Of a DNA stretch of 64,000 nucleotides, positions 42,518 through 55,019 are shown piece after piece. The position numbers and the translations under genes are program-made. Numbering within the stretch: position 1 is the first letter of the stretch; every line of letters begins with the position of its first letter. Under the pieces are notes generated by a model, which saw only the letters and a program-made list of their open reading frames with translations, did no database searches and had not been told where the DNA came from. Source of the stretch: Octopus vulgaris (Eukaryota); the NCBI GenBank assembly GCA_951406725.2, contig OX597824.1:5270001-5334000 (forward strand), written 5' to 3'.

Positions 42518-42736
42518 GACTGACGGATGTGATGTCGTTTCGGCTCCGAAGGTAATCATTTATTTTGACTATTTAAAAGTGTATATTGACAAACATTTTT
42601 TGCTTAAAAGTTGTACAACAACATCCACTGTAAACCTTTGATAAATATCGACACAAAATTTTGCCCCTTGTGGGCAAAATTTAAAAGAAAAATTCTCATA
42701 GCCTTCGTGGTTTCATTTAGCCATTTTATTTCCAAA

Positions 42737-44875
42737 ATGGCCACTGACCACCACGAGGCTGAGTTGCAAGTCAAGCGTGACGGAGAAACAGAAAAACAGG
42801 ATGCTCTGTTAGCATACGCCGAACCTGACAACTCCACCACCACCAACAGCAACAAATACAAAACAAAGGTCGCAAGGCCAAGCACCGTCAACACCATCAG
42901 TGAGTCCACCACCACCACCAACACCATGGCAGAATCTGCTACTAAAACTGCTATCCCTACTAAAGATATTGCCACCAATAACAACACCAACATCACCATC
43001 ACCGCCACCAAAGACCGTGCCGTCAATGCTACAAATACTACCAACACCACAGCCGTCACCAAGAACGACAATAACAACAACAACAACGACGACAACAACA
43101 ACTCCCTTCAACCACTGCTCACTCCATCACCAACAAGTGAAAAAATAACGACGACAAGCAAACGAAATGTCGAATTTTGCCCTAGTGCAGGACTAAAGTA
43201 CGCAGGCAATTTTCCACCCCTTCCTACTTGCACGATCGAACCTAACACACCAATTTTACAAACTGCAGCCAACAACATCACCACAAGCAACAACAATAAC
43301 AAAACAACAACAAATTTCGCTGAGGCGATTAAAGAAAAAAAAACAACAATATACTTTACGGCTCAACAATTACAGGACACGAACATCAAAATAACAGAAT
43401 CAGAAGGTATCGTAAAAATTAACATACCAGAAGATATTTTGGAAAATGAAAAAAGACGAACAATCATTTATAAAATAGTTAACAAAAAAACAAAAATCCC
43501 AGAGAAGGCCAACACAGGCAAAATAGAGAAGTGCCTGAAACCCATCTGGGATCACAAAGAATATGTAACCTGGTGGAACAAATTTGCCCACATACAAGTC
43601 GTTTTCTACACCGAAGAGTTAGCTAGACATTTCTCAACGCTAACTCTTCACTCAGATGAACTCCAACTTACACCAAGCTATCGGGGACAGAAAGTGACTA
43701 AGATCACTCTAAACAATGTCCCCAAAATAGCCAATAGTCTATGGCTTGTAAAGGCTTTATGCATAAAAATGGCGAATTATACTATTTTGGAAACCACAGT
43801 CACAGAGCATAAAAACTGGGTGGGAAAGAAAATAGAATTTCTTCTACATATACATCATGAAGATATAAAAAAAATACCCACCCAGATATGTGTATCAGAC
43901 GACCACAAGTTATATGTGGTCGTCGATGGCAGAAGACCACGTTGCTACATATGCGGCAGTGAGCAACATCTCAAAAAAGACTGCAAATCTGCCGCAAGAA
44001 AACAACAGCAGCCGGAAACAAAAACAAATAAACAAGGTCTACTACCCACACCACTTTTTGCAGGAACAAACCTCACCAAACAAACAACCACACCAACTGC
44101 AGCACCAAGAACAGAAGCAGCATCACCAACAACAACAACCAAGAATATACCAACTCCCAAACCAAGGACATCTGCCAAAAAGACACCCAGCATAAATGAA
44201 GAAACAATTACAACTCCAAATCCCCACAAAATTGAGACCCTAAACAACACAACAATACCCACAATCACTCAAACACAAAATACCCAAACCCCACATCCAA
44301 AACCGCACACACCACAACCAAACGCTCACCAACCAACACCAACAACAAAACCAACACAGTCGACAATAGACCCCAATACTTTCCCTCTTCCAGACTCCGA
44401 TTCGTCTGATCTGTCATTAGACGAAGAAGACACGGAAGATTGGCAAATAGCCACAGGGGGGAGAAGAAAAAGGGGAAAAAAAAGAAAAGAAAAAATAACA
44501 AACAAAGCGGGAAGATACACCACTCCCGAAACAAAAACATCCACAGAAAACACACACATCAACACAAACACACCATCATCAAACCCCCCAAAAATGTTGA
44601 CAGCCATAAACACAAACAACCACGACCTAATGGAACACATTAGGTCAAACACTAACATTACTGAAAACGACATAAAAACAAGTAACCACCCACACACAAC
44701 ACCACCACAACACATTAAAATAATACACGTGACACAGAACACATACAGCACCCTGAAATCTCTTTACCCTGATGCAGTAGGGAGATTTCAAAAGTACTCA
44801 TCAAAAAAACTGTATAAAAGCCTCATAGAAGAAGACCGTGAGGTGAAAGACAAAGAACTTTCGGAAAACAAGTAA
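42737..44875 (+). CDS. LINE ORF1 protein (nucleic-acid binding, CCHC zinc knuckle)
   Basis: Open frame from ATG 42737, in frame with track ORF 42611..44875. Contains VVVDGRRPRCYICGSEQHLKKDC (CX2CX4HX4C), T/N/P-rich low-complexity flanks and an acidic-then-basic patch DEEDTEDWQIATGGRRKRGKKRK. Confidence 0.88.
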   Translation: MATDHHEAELQVKRDGETEKQDALLAYAEPDNSTTTNSNKYKTKVARPSTVNTISESTTTTNTMAESATKTAIPTKDIATNNNTNITITATKDRAVNATNTTNTTAVTKNDNNNNNNDDNNNSLQPLLTPSPTSEKITTTSKRNVEFCPSAGLKYAGNFPPLPTCTIEPNTPILQTAANNITTSNNNNKTTTNFAEAIKEKKTTIYFTAQQLQDTNIKITESEGIVKINIPEDILENEKRRTIIYKIVNKKTKIPEKANTGKIEKCLKPIWDHKEYVTWWNKFAHIQVVFYTEELARHFSTLTLHSDELQLTPSYRGQKVTKITLNNVPKIANSLWLVKALCIKMANYTILETTVTEHKNWVGKKIEFLLHIHHEDIKKIPTQICVSDDHKLYVVVDGRRPRCYICGSEQHLKKDCKSAARKQQQPETKTNKQGLLPTPLFAGTNLTKQTTTPTAAPRTEAASPTTTTKNIPTPKPRTSAKKTPSINEETITTPNPHKIETLNNTTIPTITQTQNTQTPHPKPHTPQPNAHQPTPTTKPTQSTIDPNTFPLPDSDSSDLSLDEEDTEDWQIATGGRRKRGKKRKEKITNKAGRYTTPETKTSTENTHINTNTPSSNPPKMLTAINTNNHDLMEHIRSNTNITENDIKTSNHPHTTPPQHIKIIHVTQNTYSTLKSLYPDAVGRFQKYSSKKLYKSLIEEDREVKDKELSENK

Positions 44876-44917
44876 CCTTTTCTCTCTCCTTTTCCTTTTT
44901 TGCACTTTTATCGGAAC

Positions 44918-47900
44918 ATGCTCAGAATAGGTAGTATAAATGTACGTGGCTTGGGGTCGCCTTGGAAACAAGGCTACCTGTTAAATGACATCAAGTCACT
45001 AAATCTGAATATCATAGCCATCAGTGAGACCAGACTCCACAGCTTGCGGGCACTCCAGCACATTTTCGGTACACATTTCAACATTTATTTTTCTCCGTGT
45101 CTACCGAGAATGGGCGGAGGTGGCACCGCGGTGCTTATCCGGAAGAGTCTGGATCTCAAAGTAAGAGCAAATTTCCTAGACCCGGAGGGTAGGCTGGTCG
45201 TTTTGGATGTCGATGGCAGCAATGAGTGTGCTTTTCGACTGATAGCAGTTTATGCTCCGTCCTTAACAGGCCGACCAGATTTCTTTCGACGTCTAGAGTC
45301 TTTCATGGGAACGTCTCGTCCTTTACTTTTAGTGGGGGATTGGAATGCCACCCTGGACACGCATCTAGACTACGTGGGCAGAGATAGCAATAGAAGGGGA
45401 TGCAAATGCCTCAAAGACCTGCTCAGACGTTTCCAACTGTCTGACAGGTACCGACTGGACCACCCGAATGTGCCAATGTGGACATGGAGTAACCGCATCG
45501 GGTCGTCCAGATCATACTTAGATAGAGTATTCTGTAGGACAATAGATAAAAATAGTGTAGGTTGTCCACAATTTCATATAGTCAGTTACACAGATCACAA
45601 GTTTGTGACTTGTACACTTGACTTAGATAAGACACATAGGCAGGGTCCTGGTTACTGGAAACTGAACGCGTCTTTTACAGCACGACAGGTTTACAGGGAC
45701 CGGATCAGCACATTAGTTAAGAGAGCTTTGACGGGTACCATCATCAACAACAGATGGTGGTATTCCCTAAAAAAGCGATTAAAGCAGAATCAGTCAGATA
45801 CAGTAGAGCCCTAGCATTAGACCGAAATAGAGTAGAGGGAGAATTAGTTAAGGTTTTAGAAGAGGCACTTAGAACTGGCATCGCGTCCAACGTACTGGCG
45901 GCGAGATTGGCCCTCGACCAACACCTCAACGCCAAACACGAGGGATGCGTTGTCAGAGCTAGGATGCGTGCTCTGAGGAACGAAGGAGTTGGAGCCGCCC
46001 AAGAGGCCCGAGTGGTGGAGACGCAACGAGGCAACAGAGCCACCATCAAGTCTCTTATAGATGAACAGGGGCGCGAATTACTCGAGCCTAAAAGGATGTG
46101 TGGGGTTTTTCAACAACACTTCACCCAACTGTTTGGGACAAGTGGTGAGTCAGAAAGCAGAGTGGACTTTAGTGCCTACCTGCATGCCTTGCCACGACTC
46201 TCAGCAAGGGAGGTGGAGTCTTGTGAAAAGCCTATCACAGCTGCGGACGTACAGGATGCGATGGTAGGCTGCGCGAGAGACAAGTCACCAGGCTTGGATG
46301 GTCTGCCCTACGAATTTTATTTTCATATGCCAGACTTGTTTGGAGGCGTCTTGGCAGCTGTCTACTGCAACTGGCAGCAGAACGGGAGTATTCCTGCTTT
46401 TGTAAAGCGAGGAGCAGTGGCACTGATCAAGAAAGACCCAAACAAGGGGGACGTCATAGATAATTTCAGGCCCATCACTCTGCTCAACGCAGATTTGAAA
46501 ATTTTGGCCAAGGTGTTAGCCGAGAGGTTGGCGCTTGTCATCAAGAAACTAATCGACAAGGCGCAAACATGCGCCGTGCCGGGTAGAAGTATTCATGACA
46601 ACCTCCATCTGATGCGCTACATCATAGACAGGGTAGTTAAAAATCCTGGCATGGGTGGGGCGCTGATCAATTTGGATCAATCAAAAGCCTTCGATAGGGT
46701 AGACCATCACTACTTGGAGGCTGTCCTCAAAGCGGCTGGTTTCGGTCCAGTTTTCCGCAGTTGGATCGCTGCCTTATACAGCGGCATCCGCTCAGTAGTT
46801 CGCGTAAATGGTCATCTATCCAGACCTTTTAACATCATGCGTTCGGTTCGTCAAGGATGCCCCCTCTCATCGCTGCTGTATGTACTGACTCTTGAGCCAC
46901 TACTGCGGAAACTGGCGACGCTGAGGGGCATCCCACGAGAGCTGGGATGCGGGAGGAGCGTGTCTGCATACGCGGATGACGTCACCGTCATAGTGTCGAG
47001 CTACGAGCACATCGAGCTGGTCGGCGAGACACTGAAAGAATACGAAGCGGTAACGGGAGCAAAAATTAACCGGGAAAAGTCAGTGGGCTTGCGGCTCGGC
47101 ACCTGGAGAAGCAAGCCCATGCCGTCCAACAGCGTCTCCATCGTGGGACGCTGGACGGACGGACCGGTTAAATTGCTCGGGGTCTGGTTCGGTCCGGACC
47201 TCCAAATGGAGAAGAACTGGGGCGAGATAACGACTAGGGTGGCTACTCTCACCCAGAAATGGACTGAGAGAAAGCTATCCCTAAAAGGTCGGGCGGAGGT
47301 GGCGAACGCGTACATCGCATCCGTCATCGAGTACCGTCTGACCGTCGTGCCTTGTCCCGACCCTACCATCACCAAACTGGAACGCATACTCTTCCGCTTC
47401 TTGTGGAAGGGAAACGTTCCGATGGTCAGGCGATCCATTTGCTGCCAACACCCGCTAAATGGAGGGCTGGGCATGCCGTGGTTGATGATGCGCAGACATG
47501 CGCTGAGACTGCGACATCTCCGGCGCTTCATAGACAACGGTGAACAGGGGTGGTCGCCTTTTGTGCGGCGCGCTTTCCCGCAGCTCGTCTCCTTGGACGA
47601 ACTACAGTCATGGATCAAGCAGAGACCGAGGCTAGGCGAATGGCACCGTGAGTGTCGCGTTGCTCTCAAGCAACTCTGCCGTCCGGGATCGAACTTGTGC
47701 GACTCCATCACAACAAAGGCATTCTATAGAGGATTAGTGGAGGGGAGGTGCGACGACGAACTCGGGCAGAGTCTGGGCGTCGACGAGGAACACCTGACCC
47801 GCCTGTTCAGGACAACTTTCGGGCCGGGACCTATGAACAATCACCAAAGATCCCTGGCCTGGCAGTGCTATCGAGAAGCATTACCTGTTCGGGATAAGCT

Positions 47901-48354
47901 CTACAGACACGGTTCCAGACACACTGGACCGACTTGCCCGAGATGCGGTCAGAGCGACGAAACCGTTCTGCACGCACTCGTGCAATGTCCAACCATTTCC
48001 GACCTGTGGGCTTATGCCGAACGGCTGCTGTCACGTGTGGGACGAATCCGCCTATCGGCCGAGTCTATCGTGAGAATTGCTCCGCCCCCTTCCCTCAACC
48101 GGGAAGGCAAGGCAGTTTTCATCGTACTGGTGGCCATGGTGAAAGAATGTGTGTGGTGGACTCGAGCGAAAGGATTAGAGACAAACACTTACCTCTCTGG
48201 CCATTCGCTCATCAACTTTTTCAAGTACCACTTGAAAAGGAAGGTGAGAATGGAGAGGGAAGTTTTGTCTCGCGAAAGATTCAATAAAAGATGGGTGAAT
48301 GTTGCAAAGATGGTGCGTGCTAGTAACGAAACCATTTTGAGCATGATCCTGTAG
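44918..48354 (+). CDS. LINE ORF2: apurinic-like endonuclease + reverse transcriptase + C-terminal Cys/His finger; one frameshift at 45769-45774
   Basis: APE motifs GSINVRGL, IAISET, AVYAP, LVGDWN, SYLDR, TDH in track ORF 44900..45814. RT motifs KSPGLDGLP, FRPITLLNADLKILAK, LDQSKAFDRV, SVRQGCPLS, AYADD, KLLGV and C-terminal CPRC..ETVLHALVQC in track ORF 45754..48354. Adding one A to the A6 run joins WWYSLKK to AIKAESVRYS. Confidence 0.93.
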
Positions 48355-48654
48355 ATCGTAAAAAAGAAAGAAAGAGAGCATTTTTGACCTCATGTGTTTA
48401 TTTCCTCCCTGACTGGGGTTCCCGTGGTCTTTTCTGTAGGCTTTTCTTCCCACGGATGAACCCAATCTTGTTATACCAATGTTTACACCATTATTTCTGT
48501 GATACACGATTTTCTTTTTTTCTTTTTTTTCCTCCTCTCGATCCCTTTTGATCGCAATCTTACATTTTTATTTTTTTCCACCCTCGAAAAGAAAAGCTCT
48601 GCATTTGTATTTGTCCCCTCTGTATTCAGCCCTGTGTGGCTAATAAAAGAAAGT

Positions 48655-49148
<494 letters not shown>

Positions 49149-50641
49149 AGGCATATGTTTGTGTATACCTCCGTTGAATGTTTACATGTCGATTATTAAC
49201 GTTTCCGATGGGAATAAAAACACACAATCACACACACGTAGACATACACACACAGACACACACACCCACACCCACACCCATACCCACACACATACGTCTG
49301 CACGCAGAAACGTTCTTGAAGCATTCGTACGTGCGTTTGTAAAGATTAAATTATTATAAAAACTTTAATTCCCATTAATTAATTTCGACTATTCCAATTT
49401 GTTGCCAATTCTAGAACAAAACTTTCATCGAAATTGCACTGAATTGAAACACACCTATTTATCTGACAATAAAGCAACTCCATCTGAAATCATTCGTTTT
49501 TCTTCTGCAAACTTATTCACCTCAAAACAAGTTATTTCTGTTCAAGAGGAACGAAATGCTTATGCAAGCAAATATTGATACAGACAAATGGATAGAGATA
49601 CGCATGCGTACATAATTACGGCCGTATGTACGTATTTGCCGACAAACATACGTAGATACATATCTTCGTAGAGAGCATATAAACACATACTTACCATTTT
49701 TACAAAGCTTAATGGAATCTTTGAAATGTATTGAAAGTATTCCAGAAGTTTTCACGTTGACATAGCGGCAAAGACAGATGTGTACATTTAAGCACACACA
49801 CAAGCGCGCGCGCACTCACACACACACATACATACAGGCACGCGCGCATACACACACACACACACACGCACACACACACACACACACACATGCGCGCGCA
49901 CACACAAACACATGCGCACACATACACAGGCACACAGACACGCGCACCGCGCACACACATATAGGACAAAGCGTACAAATCTATGAATACATGCCTTTAT
50001 ATATATAAAGAAAGAAACCTTTCAATTTGTAACCGGCTTGAAATCTGAAGGAAAGACTTACATAATTTTTTGAATCATCCATCCATCCCTCCATCCATCC
50101 ATCCACCCAGGTTCGTCCGTCGAAGTGTTAAGACCATAGGGTCAGCCTTAAGTTGCGCGCGACTCTGTTTGAAGTGAGAAAACAATCGCGCCACATCAAC
50201 CCTGCTCTCTTGTCTGTGATTCTTTTCTGTTCTATGGCAAGACCAAGTCTAAACGGTTGAGTATGGAGACGGATGCAGTGAGCAACCAAGATGTCTGACC
50301 CGCTTCATCTTGCTCTCTTCACTTCACAATGCGTTGCTGCAGCTGACTTCCTCTCGCTTGAAATATGGAGGGTTCTTCTGCAGAATCCACCGCATCCAGT
50401 CTTAACAAGCATCGGTAGGAAAGCCCTAATATACTAATTAAGCCATAACTGGGACCCTGACAATTGCTATTACTTCGGGCAGTATAGACCTGGGAAAGGT
50501 AGCGGCTAAGAGTTGGTTCCACACTTCTCAAGACCCTAGAACCCTCAACCAGGGCCTCACTATCGGATACAGTATAAAGTCATACCCAGAACACACACAT
50601 ACATAATACATGCACTCATACACACATACAGTAAACACATA

Positions 50642-50730
<89 letters not shown>

Positions 50731-50731
<1 letters not shown>

Positions 50732-51288
50732 CTCTTACTCTTTACTCTTTTACTTGTTTCAGTCATTTGACTGTGGCCATGCTGGAGCACCGCCTTTAGT
50801 CAACCAAATCGACCCCAGGACTTTATTCTTTGTAAGTCTAATACTTATTCTATCGGTCTTTTTTGCCGAACTTCTAAGTTACGGGGACGTAAACACACCA
50901 GCATCGGTTTTCAAGCGATGTTGGGGGACAAACATAGTCACACAAACATATACACACATACTTACACATATATATATAACGGGAAGCTTTATGAAAATAA
51001 ACAAAAGACGAAGGCAGGTGGAATACAAACAAACAATTGTATTAGTATGGCGCTCAGGAATATAAATAAAACAAGTCTTTTACGTTTCGAGCCTACGCTC
51101 TTCAACAGAAAGATACACAGAAAAGAAACACGGAGAGAAACAAGGAGAGAAAAAAATGCGTACAGAAGCTAGCGAATCAACATGGCGATCATACATATAT
51201 ACGACGGGCTTCTTTCAGTTTCCGTCTACCAAATCCACTCACAAGGCTTTGGTCGGCCCGAGGCTAGAGTAGAACACACTTGCCCAAT
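50731..51288 (-). mobile_element. SINE family A carrying the insertion at 50978-51190
   Basis: Homology to family A on both sides of the insert. Confidence 0.8.
50978..51190 (-). mobile_element. Penelope-like 3' fragment with minimal hammerhead-like motif, nested in the (TA)n of a SINE
   Basis: Minus strand 51113->51076 reads TCTTT-CTG-TTGAAGA-GCGTAGGCTC-GAAAC-GTA-AAAGA. SINE family A sequence resumes on both sides. Confidence 0.5.
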
Positions 51289-52166
51289 GTACATATATTC
51301 TTACATACATACACTGTGGAAGTAGAGTGACTTTTGTAATCTTCAGGTGTAGCAGTGAAGGAAAAGTTGTGAGTGAAGTAAATGATAAACGATTGAACAA
51401 TACCTATTGAGTTTAATTATCATTCTCAGAATTCATTGAAATATTGACAATTAACAAAAGAATACATTTGAAATCGAAGAATTTCATTATAGCTGCAGTA
51501 GCACTCCACAGGAAATTCAGCAGAAGATTTGTGATATCTCGCGACACGCTTTTGTATTTAGGTTTGAAAATGTATAAACTTAATGACTTCAGTGGTTTAA
51601 ACGTCATTTTAGATTTCGTCAGTTGTGAATTGGGACTGAAGAAGATATTGACGAAATATAGTAATTATTATATTTAATTCTTAATGCATAAGGCTTTATT
51701 GTATTATATAAAACGGCAAAGAGATATGGAAACAAACAAAAAAATATTTGTTACTAGAATTAAATTCATTGATGAGAAAACATTCTCGGAGGTGTTTCAG
51801 GTGGATAAAAATACAATACATTCTGCTCAGATAAGGTAATATTTATGATCATTATTTCAGTAATAATATTGGTAGAATGATTAAATTTCTAATGTATTAA
51901 AGACTGTTCTTTGTTGATTGTGAATAAGCTAGATAATCCTGCAGTACATCCGGGCTCCTGGCCCAGAATCACCAACGAAAGATGTAATATGTCATAGAAT
52001 TCTTTTATTCTTTTATTGTGTTCAGTCACTGGACTGTGACCATGCTGGAGCACTGATTTAAAAAGTTCATAGCTGAACATACCGTTCTGAGTTTTAGAAC
52101 ATACTTGTGTAAAGAAAATTGCGACTCGTCATGTGAGTGGATTTGGAAACTGAAAGAAGCTTGTCG

Positions 52167-52263
<97 letters not shown>

Positions 52264-52275
52264 GCCCGCCTGCCC

Positions 52276-52311
<36 letters not shown>

Positions 52312-52400
52312 GCCTTCTGTCTGTCTATACATCCATCAATCCATACATCTATCTGTCTATCTCTCTCTCTCTCCCCTCACCCTGTCTGCGTATATATAAA

Positions 52401-52465
<65 letters not shown>

Positions 52466-52639
52466 ACATATAGTACATATATATATATACATACACACAC
52501 ACATATATGAGTATGTTTAGATAGATAATTAGATACATACAGTATATCAACAGCTTAGATCTTAATTATTAAAAAAATATGAAACCGTTATTCTATGCTA
52601 ATTTTGTTAATTTCAGTTTGATAGATATAAATTTAAACG

Positions 52640-52845
52640 TTCGGACAGGTAGACGATGCAAAGGCGACGAGAGAAACAACAATTAGGACAGGCAAAAAGA
52701 AGACGGGTAATTCTTGACTTTTTCATCAGTCAAGTCCCAGAAGTCACGACCATTTCGGACAGTTACACTTCAGATGATTCGACCTGGGAGCTCCCCATCC
52801 CCCAAAGTCTAAGCTAAGAGCATTAGACCCCTTTGTAAGAAAGCT
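52640..52845 (-). mobile_element. Degenerate Penelope-like 3' fragment with decayed hammerhead
   Basis: Minus strand TCAT-CTGAAGT-GTAACTGTCC-GAAAT-GGTC-GTGA (52778->52744). Downstream CTTGACTGATGA...GAATTACCCGTCT resembles 53495-53605. Confidence 0.4.
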
Positions 52846-53352
52846 AGCGAATGTGTACGGCAACAAACTCAAAATAAAAATAATAAACAAAAAACGGAGA
52901 ACATGGTACACAATTACGAATACAAATCAAGAAATAACAACAGGCATCTTTCGACTGAGAACGAGTCAAATTGAGCTGGCGTCTATGAAGTGAAAGCCCA
53001 AAGGCAGAAACATGGAAGATGGACACAAGAGGTGTTGACGGTCGGCAGTCAGGCCAAGAAAGAAAGATTATGTCTATCCGGACACTGGTTTCGTGGAAGG
53101 AGTAGAGTTGGTAGGGGACAGCGGAATTGGAGGATTAGAAAAAAAATAAGACAAAGAGACAGGTACAGGGGAGATAAACAAGTGGTAAATACGAGTTAAA
53201 GAAAGAGAGGGCCAAGAAATGTGAGAGAGAGGGAGCGAGAAAAAGGAAGAAAAATAAGAGGGGGAATAAAAGACAGAGGAAGAGTCGTACAAAATTTAGA
53301 TACATATCTACTATAAGGTGAGCACAAGAGTGTACGTACTCTGCTATATATG

Positions 53353-53446
<94 letters not shown>

Positions 53447-53494
53447 TGTATGTATGTATGTACGTACACACACACACACATATATATATATATA

Positions 53495-53605
53495 TGAAAT
53501 AAAATACAAAATGGGACAACAACGCAAAAAAGCACAGACGGGTCATTCAAAGCCTTTTATCTTCAGTCAAGAACCGGATCATCCTCGCAATTTCGGCTGA
53601 TTATA
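53495..53605 (-). mobile_element. Short truncated repeat fragment in (TA)n, related to 52640-52845; inverted partial copy at ~54838-54881
   Basis: ATAATCAGCCGAAATTGCGAGGATGATCCGGTTCTTGACTG occurs on - here and on + at 54841-54881. Confidence 0.5.
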
Positions 53606-53615
53606 TATACATATG

Positions 53616-53665
<50 letters not shown>

Positions 53666-53668
<3 letters not shown>

Positions 53669-53898
53669 GTTGGCCCAAAAGTAGATTTACGGTTATTAAA
53701 CTATCACTTTCGCATTCATATATTAACAATTTAGATCTTAATTGTATGAAAATACGAAACCGTTATTCTATGCTAATTTAGTTAATTTTGTCAAGCTTCC
53801 TTTTCAGTTTGTAAGATAGAAATTTGAATGTAATGACATGTTTTAAAAGAAATTTAAAGTGCCTATGTGATAACTGTAAACCTACTTTGGGGGTCACC

Positions 53899-53901
<3 letters not shown>
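53666..53901. mobile_element. Tc1/mariner-type MITE in (TA)n
   Basis: ~30-bp imperfect TIRs CAGGTTGGCCCAAAAGTAGATTTACGGTTA / TAACTGTAAACCTACTTTGGGGGTCACCCTG with TA flanks. Internal sequence recurs at ~52550-52635. Confidence 0.8.
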
Positions 53902-53958
<57 letters not shown>

Positions 53959-54364
53959 ATGAATTTGGTGGTACTGGTAATGGCTTAAGCTCGCTCTGAT
54001 ACCATGAGTTGAGGTGATGTCTTCTAGTGCCTTCAAATTTAATACACAATTATTAATAATTGAGACGGAATTATTTATAATTGAAGAGTCCTACGCTGAA
54101 GAGAAAAATAGTTGGGTAAGACATAATTATTTAAAATTGTTATGCTTTCCTATAACATAATTTCGAAACGTACGTCCGTAGGTGACTTAATATAGAATGA
54201 TTGTCGTCCTTTCTTTCTCTTTTGCCTGCGTTGTTTGGCTTTTAAATGCTGTGGTTTTACTGGGATCTCCCTTTTAAGTAGAAAGAATAGCCATAACTCT
54301 TTGACTGCTATTTCTAAATTCGGTGTGTGGTGAGGCAAATTGTTGCTAAACCCTTAATTACTTA

Positions 54365-54404
<40 letters not shown>

Positions 54405-54407
<3 letters not shown>

Positions 54408-54766
54408 ATTAATCAATATAGGGTAGCAAAAAATTCAATAGAAATTTATCGCCACCAGCGGTCTAGTGAGAAAGAGAAAATAGTCAAAGACTATATATAT
54501 ATATTCAACAACAGTTGAGGAATGGCCTTAATAGGCCATTCGACCCACTAGAAAGAGCAGCCAGGACTCAAACCTCCTCCTCCTTCTCTCTCCTCCTCCT
54601 CCTCCTCCTCCTCTAATTCAGAAATTAAAGGAAAATTTAAAAACATTTACCCTAATTCATTTTAAATTTTCCTTTAATTTCTGAATTACTACTACTTGGC
54701 GGTTTGAGTCCTGGCTGCTCTTTCTAGTGGGTCGAATGGCCTATTAAGGCCATTCCTCAATTGTTG

Positions 54767-54775
<9 letters not shown>
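54405..54775 (-). mobile_element. Third fold-back relic between (TA)n tracts (probably Penelope-like)
   Basis: Outer inverted arms ~54500-54574 and ~54701-54775 (one mismatch). Inner arms ~54614-54642 and ~54660-54688. (TCC)n insert in the left arm. Unpaired tail ~54405-54490. Confidence 0.5.
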
Positions 54776-54834
<59 letters not shown>

Positions 54835-54953
54835 GTATATATAATCAGCCGAAATTGCGAGGATGATCCGGTTCTTGACTGCTATAGTATATTTATTACT
54901 ACTACTGTTACTACTACTACTACTACTAGTACTACAACAACTACTACTACTAA

Positions 54954-55019
<66 letters not shown>

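Larger units (their letters stand above)
42517..48654 (+). mobile_element. Apparently full-length L1/Tx1-clade non-LTR retrotransposon inserted in a (TATC)n microsatellite
   Basis: Two-ORF layout (gag-like ORF1; APE-RT-Cys/His ORF2). ~220 nt 5' UTR and ~300 nt 3' UTR ending AATAAAAGAAAG with no poly(A). (TATC)n directly abuts both ends (~42400-42516 and 48655-48960). Confidence 0.93.

Noticed and set aside
45769-45774. Programmed ribosomal frameshift in LINE ORF2
   Set aside because: APE and RT are normally one ORF in this clade; a homopolymer indel (error or mutation) is simpler.
47001-47711. 236-aa antisense ORF within LINE ORF2
   Set aside because: Shadow ORF of GC-richer coding sequence; no recognisable motifs.
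50105-50560. Possible RTE 5' region on the minus strand
   Set aside because: Impression only; no translatable motif or second copy in the window to support it.
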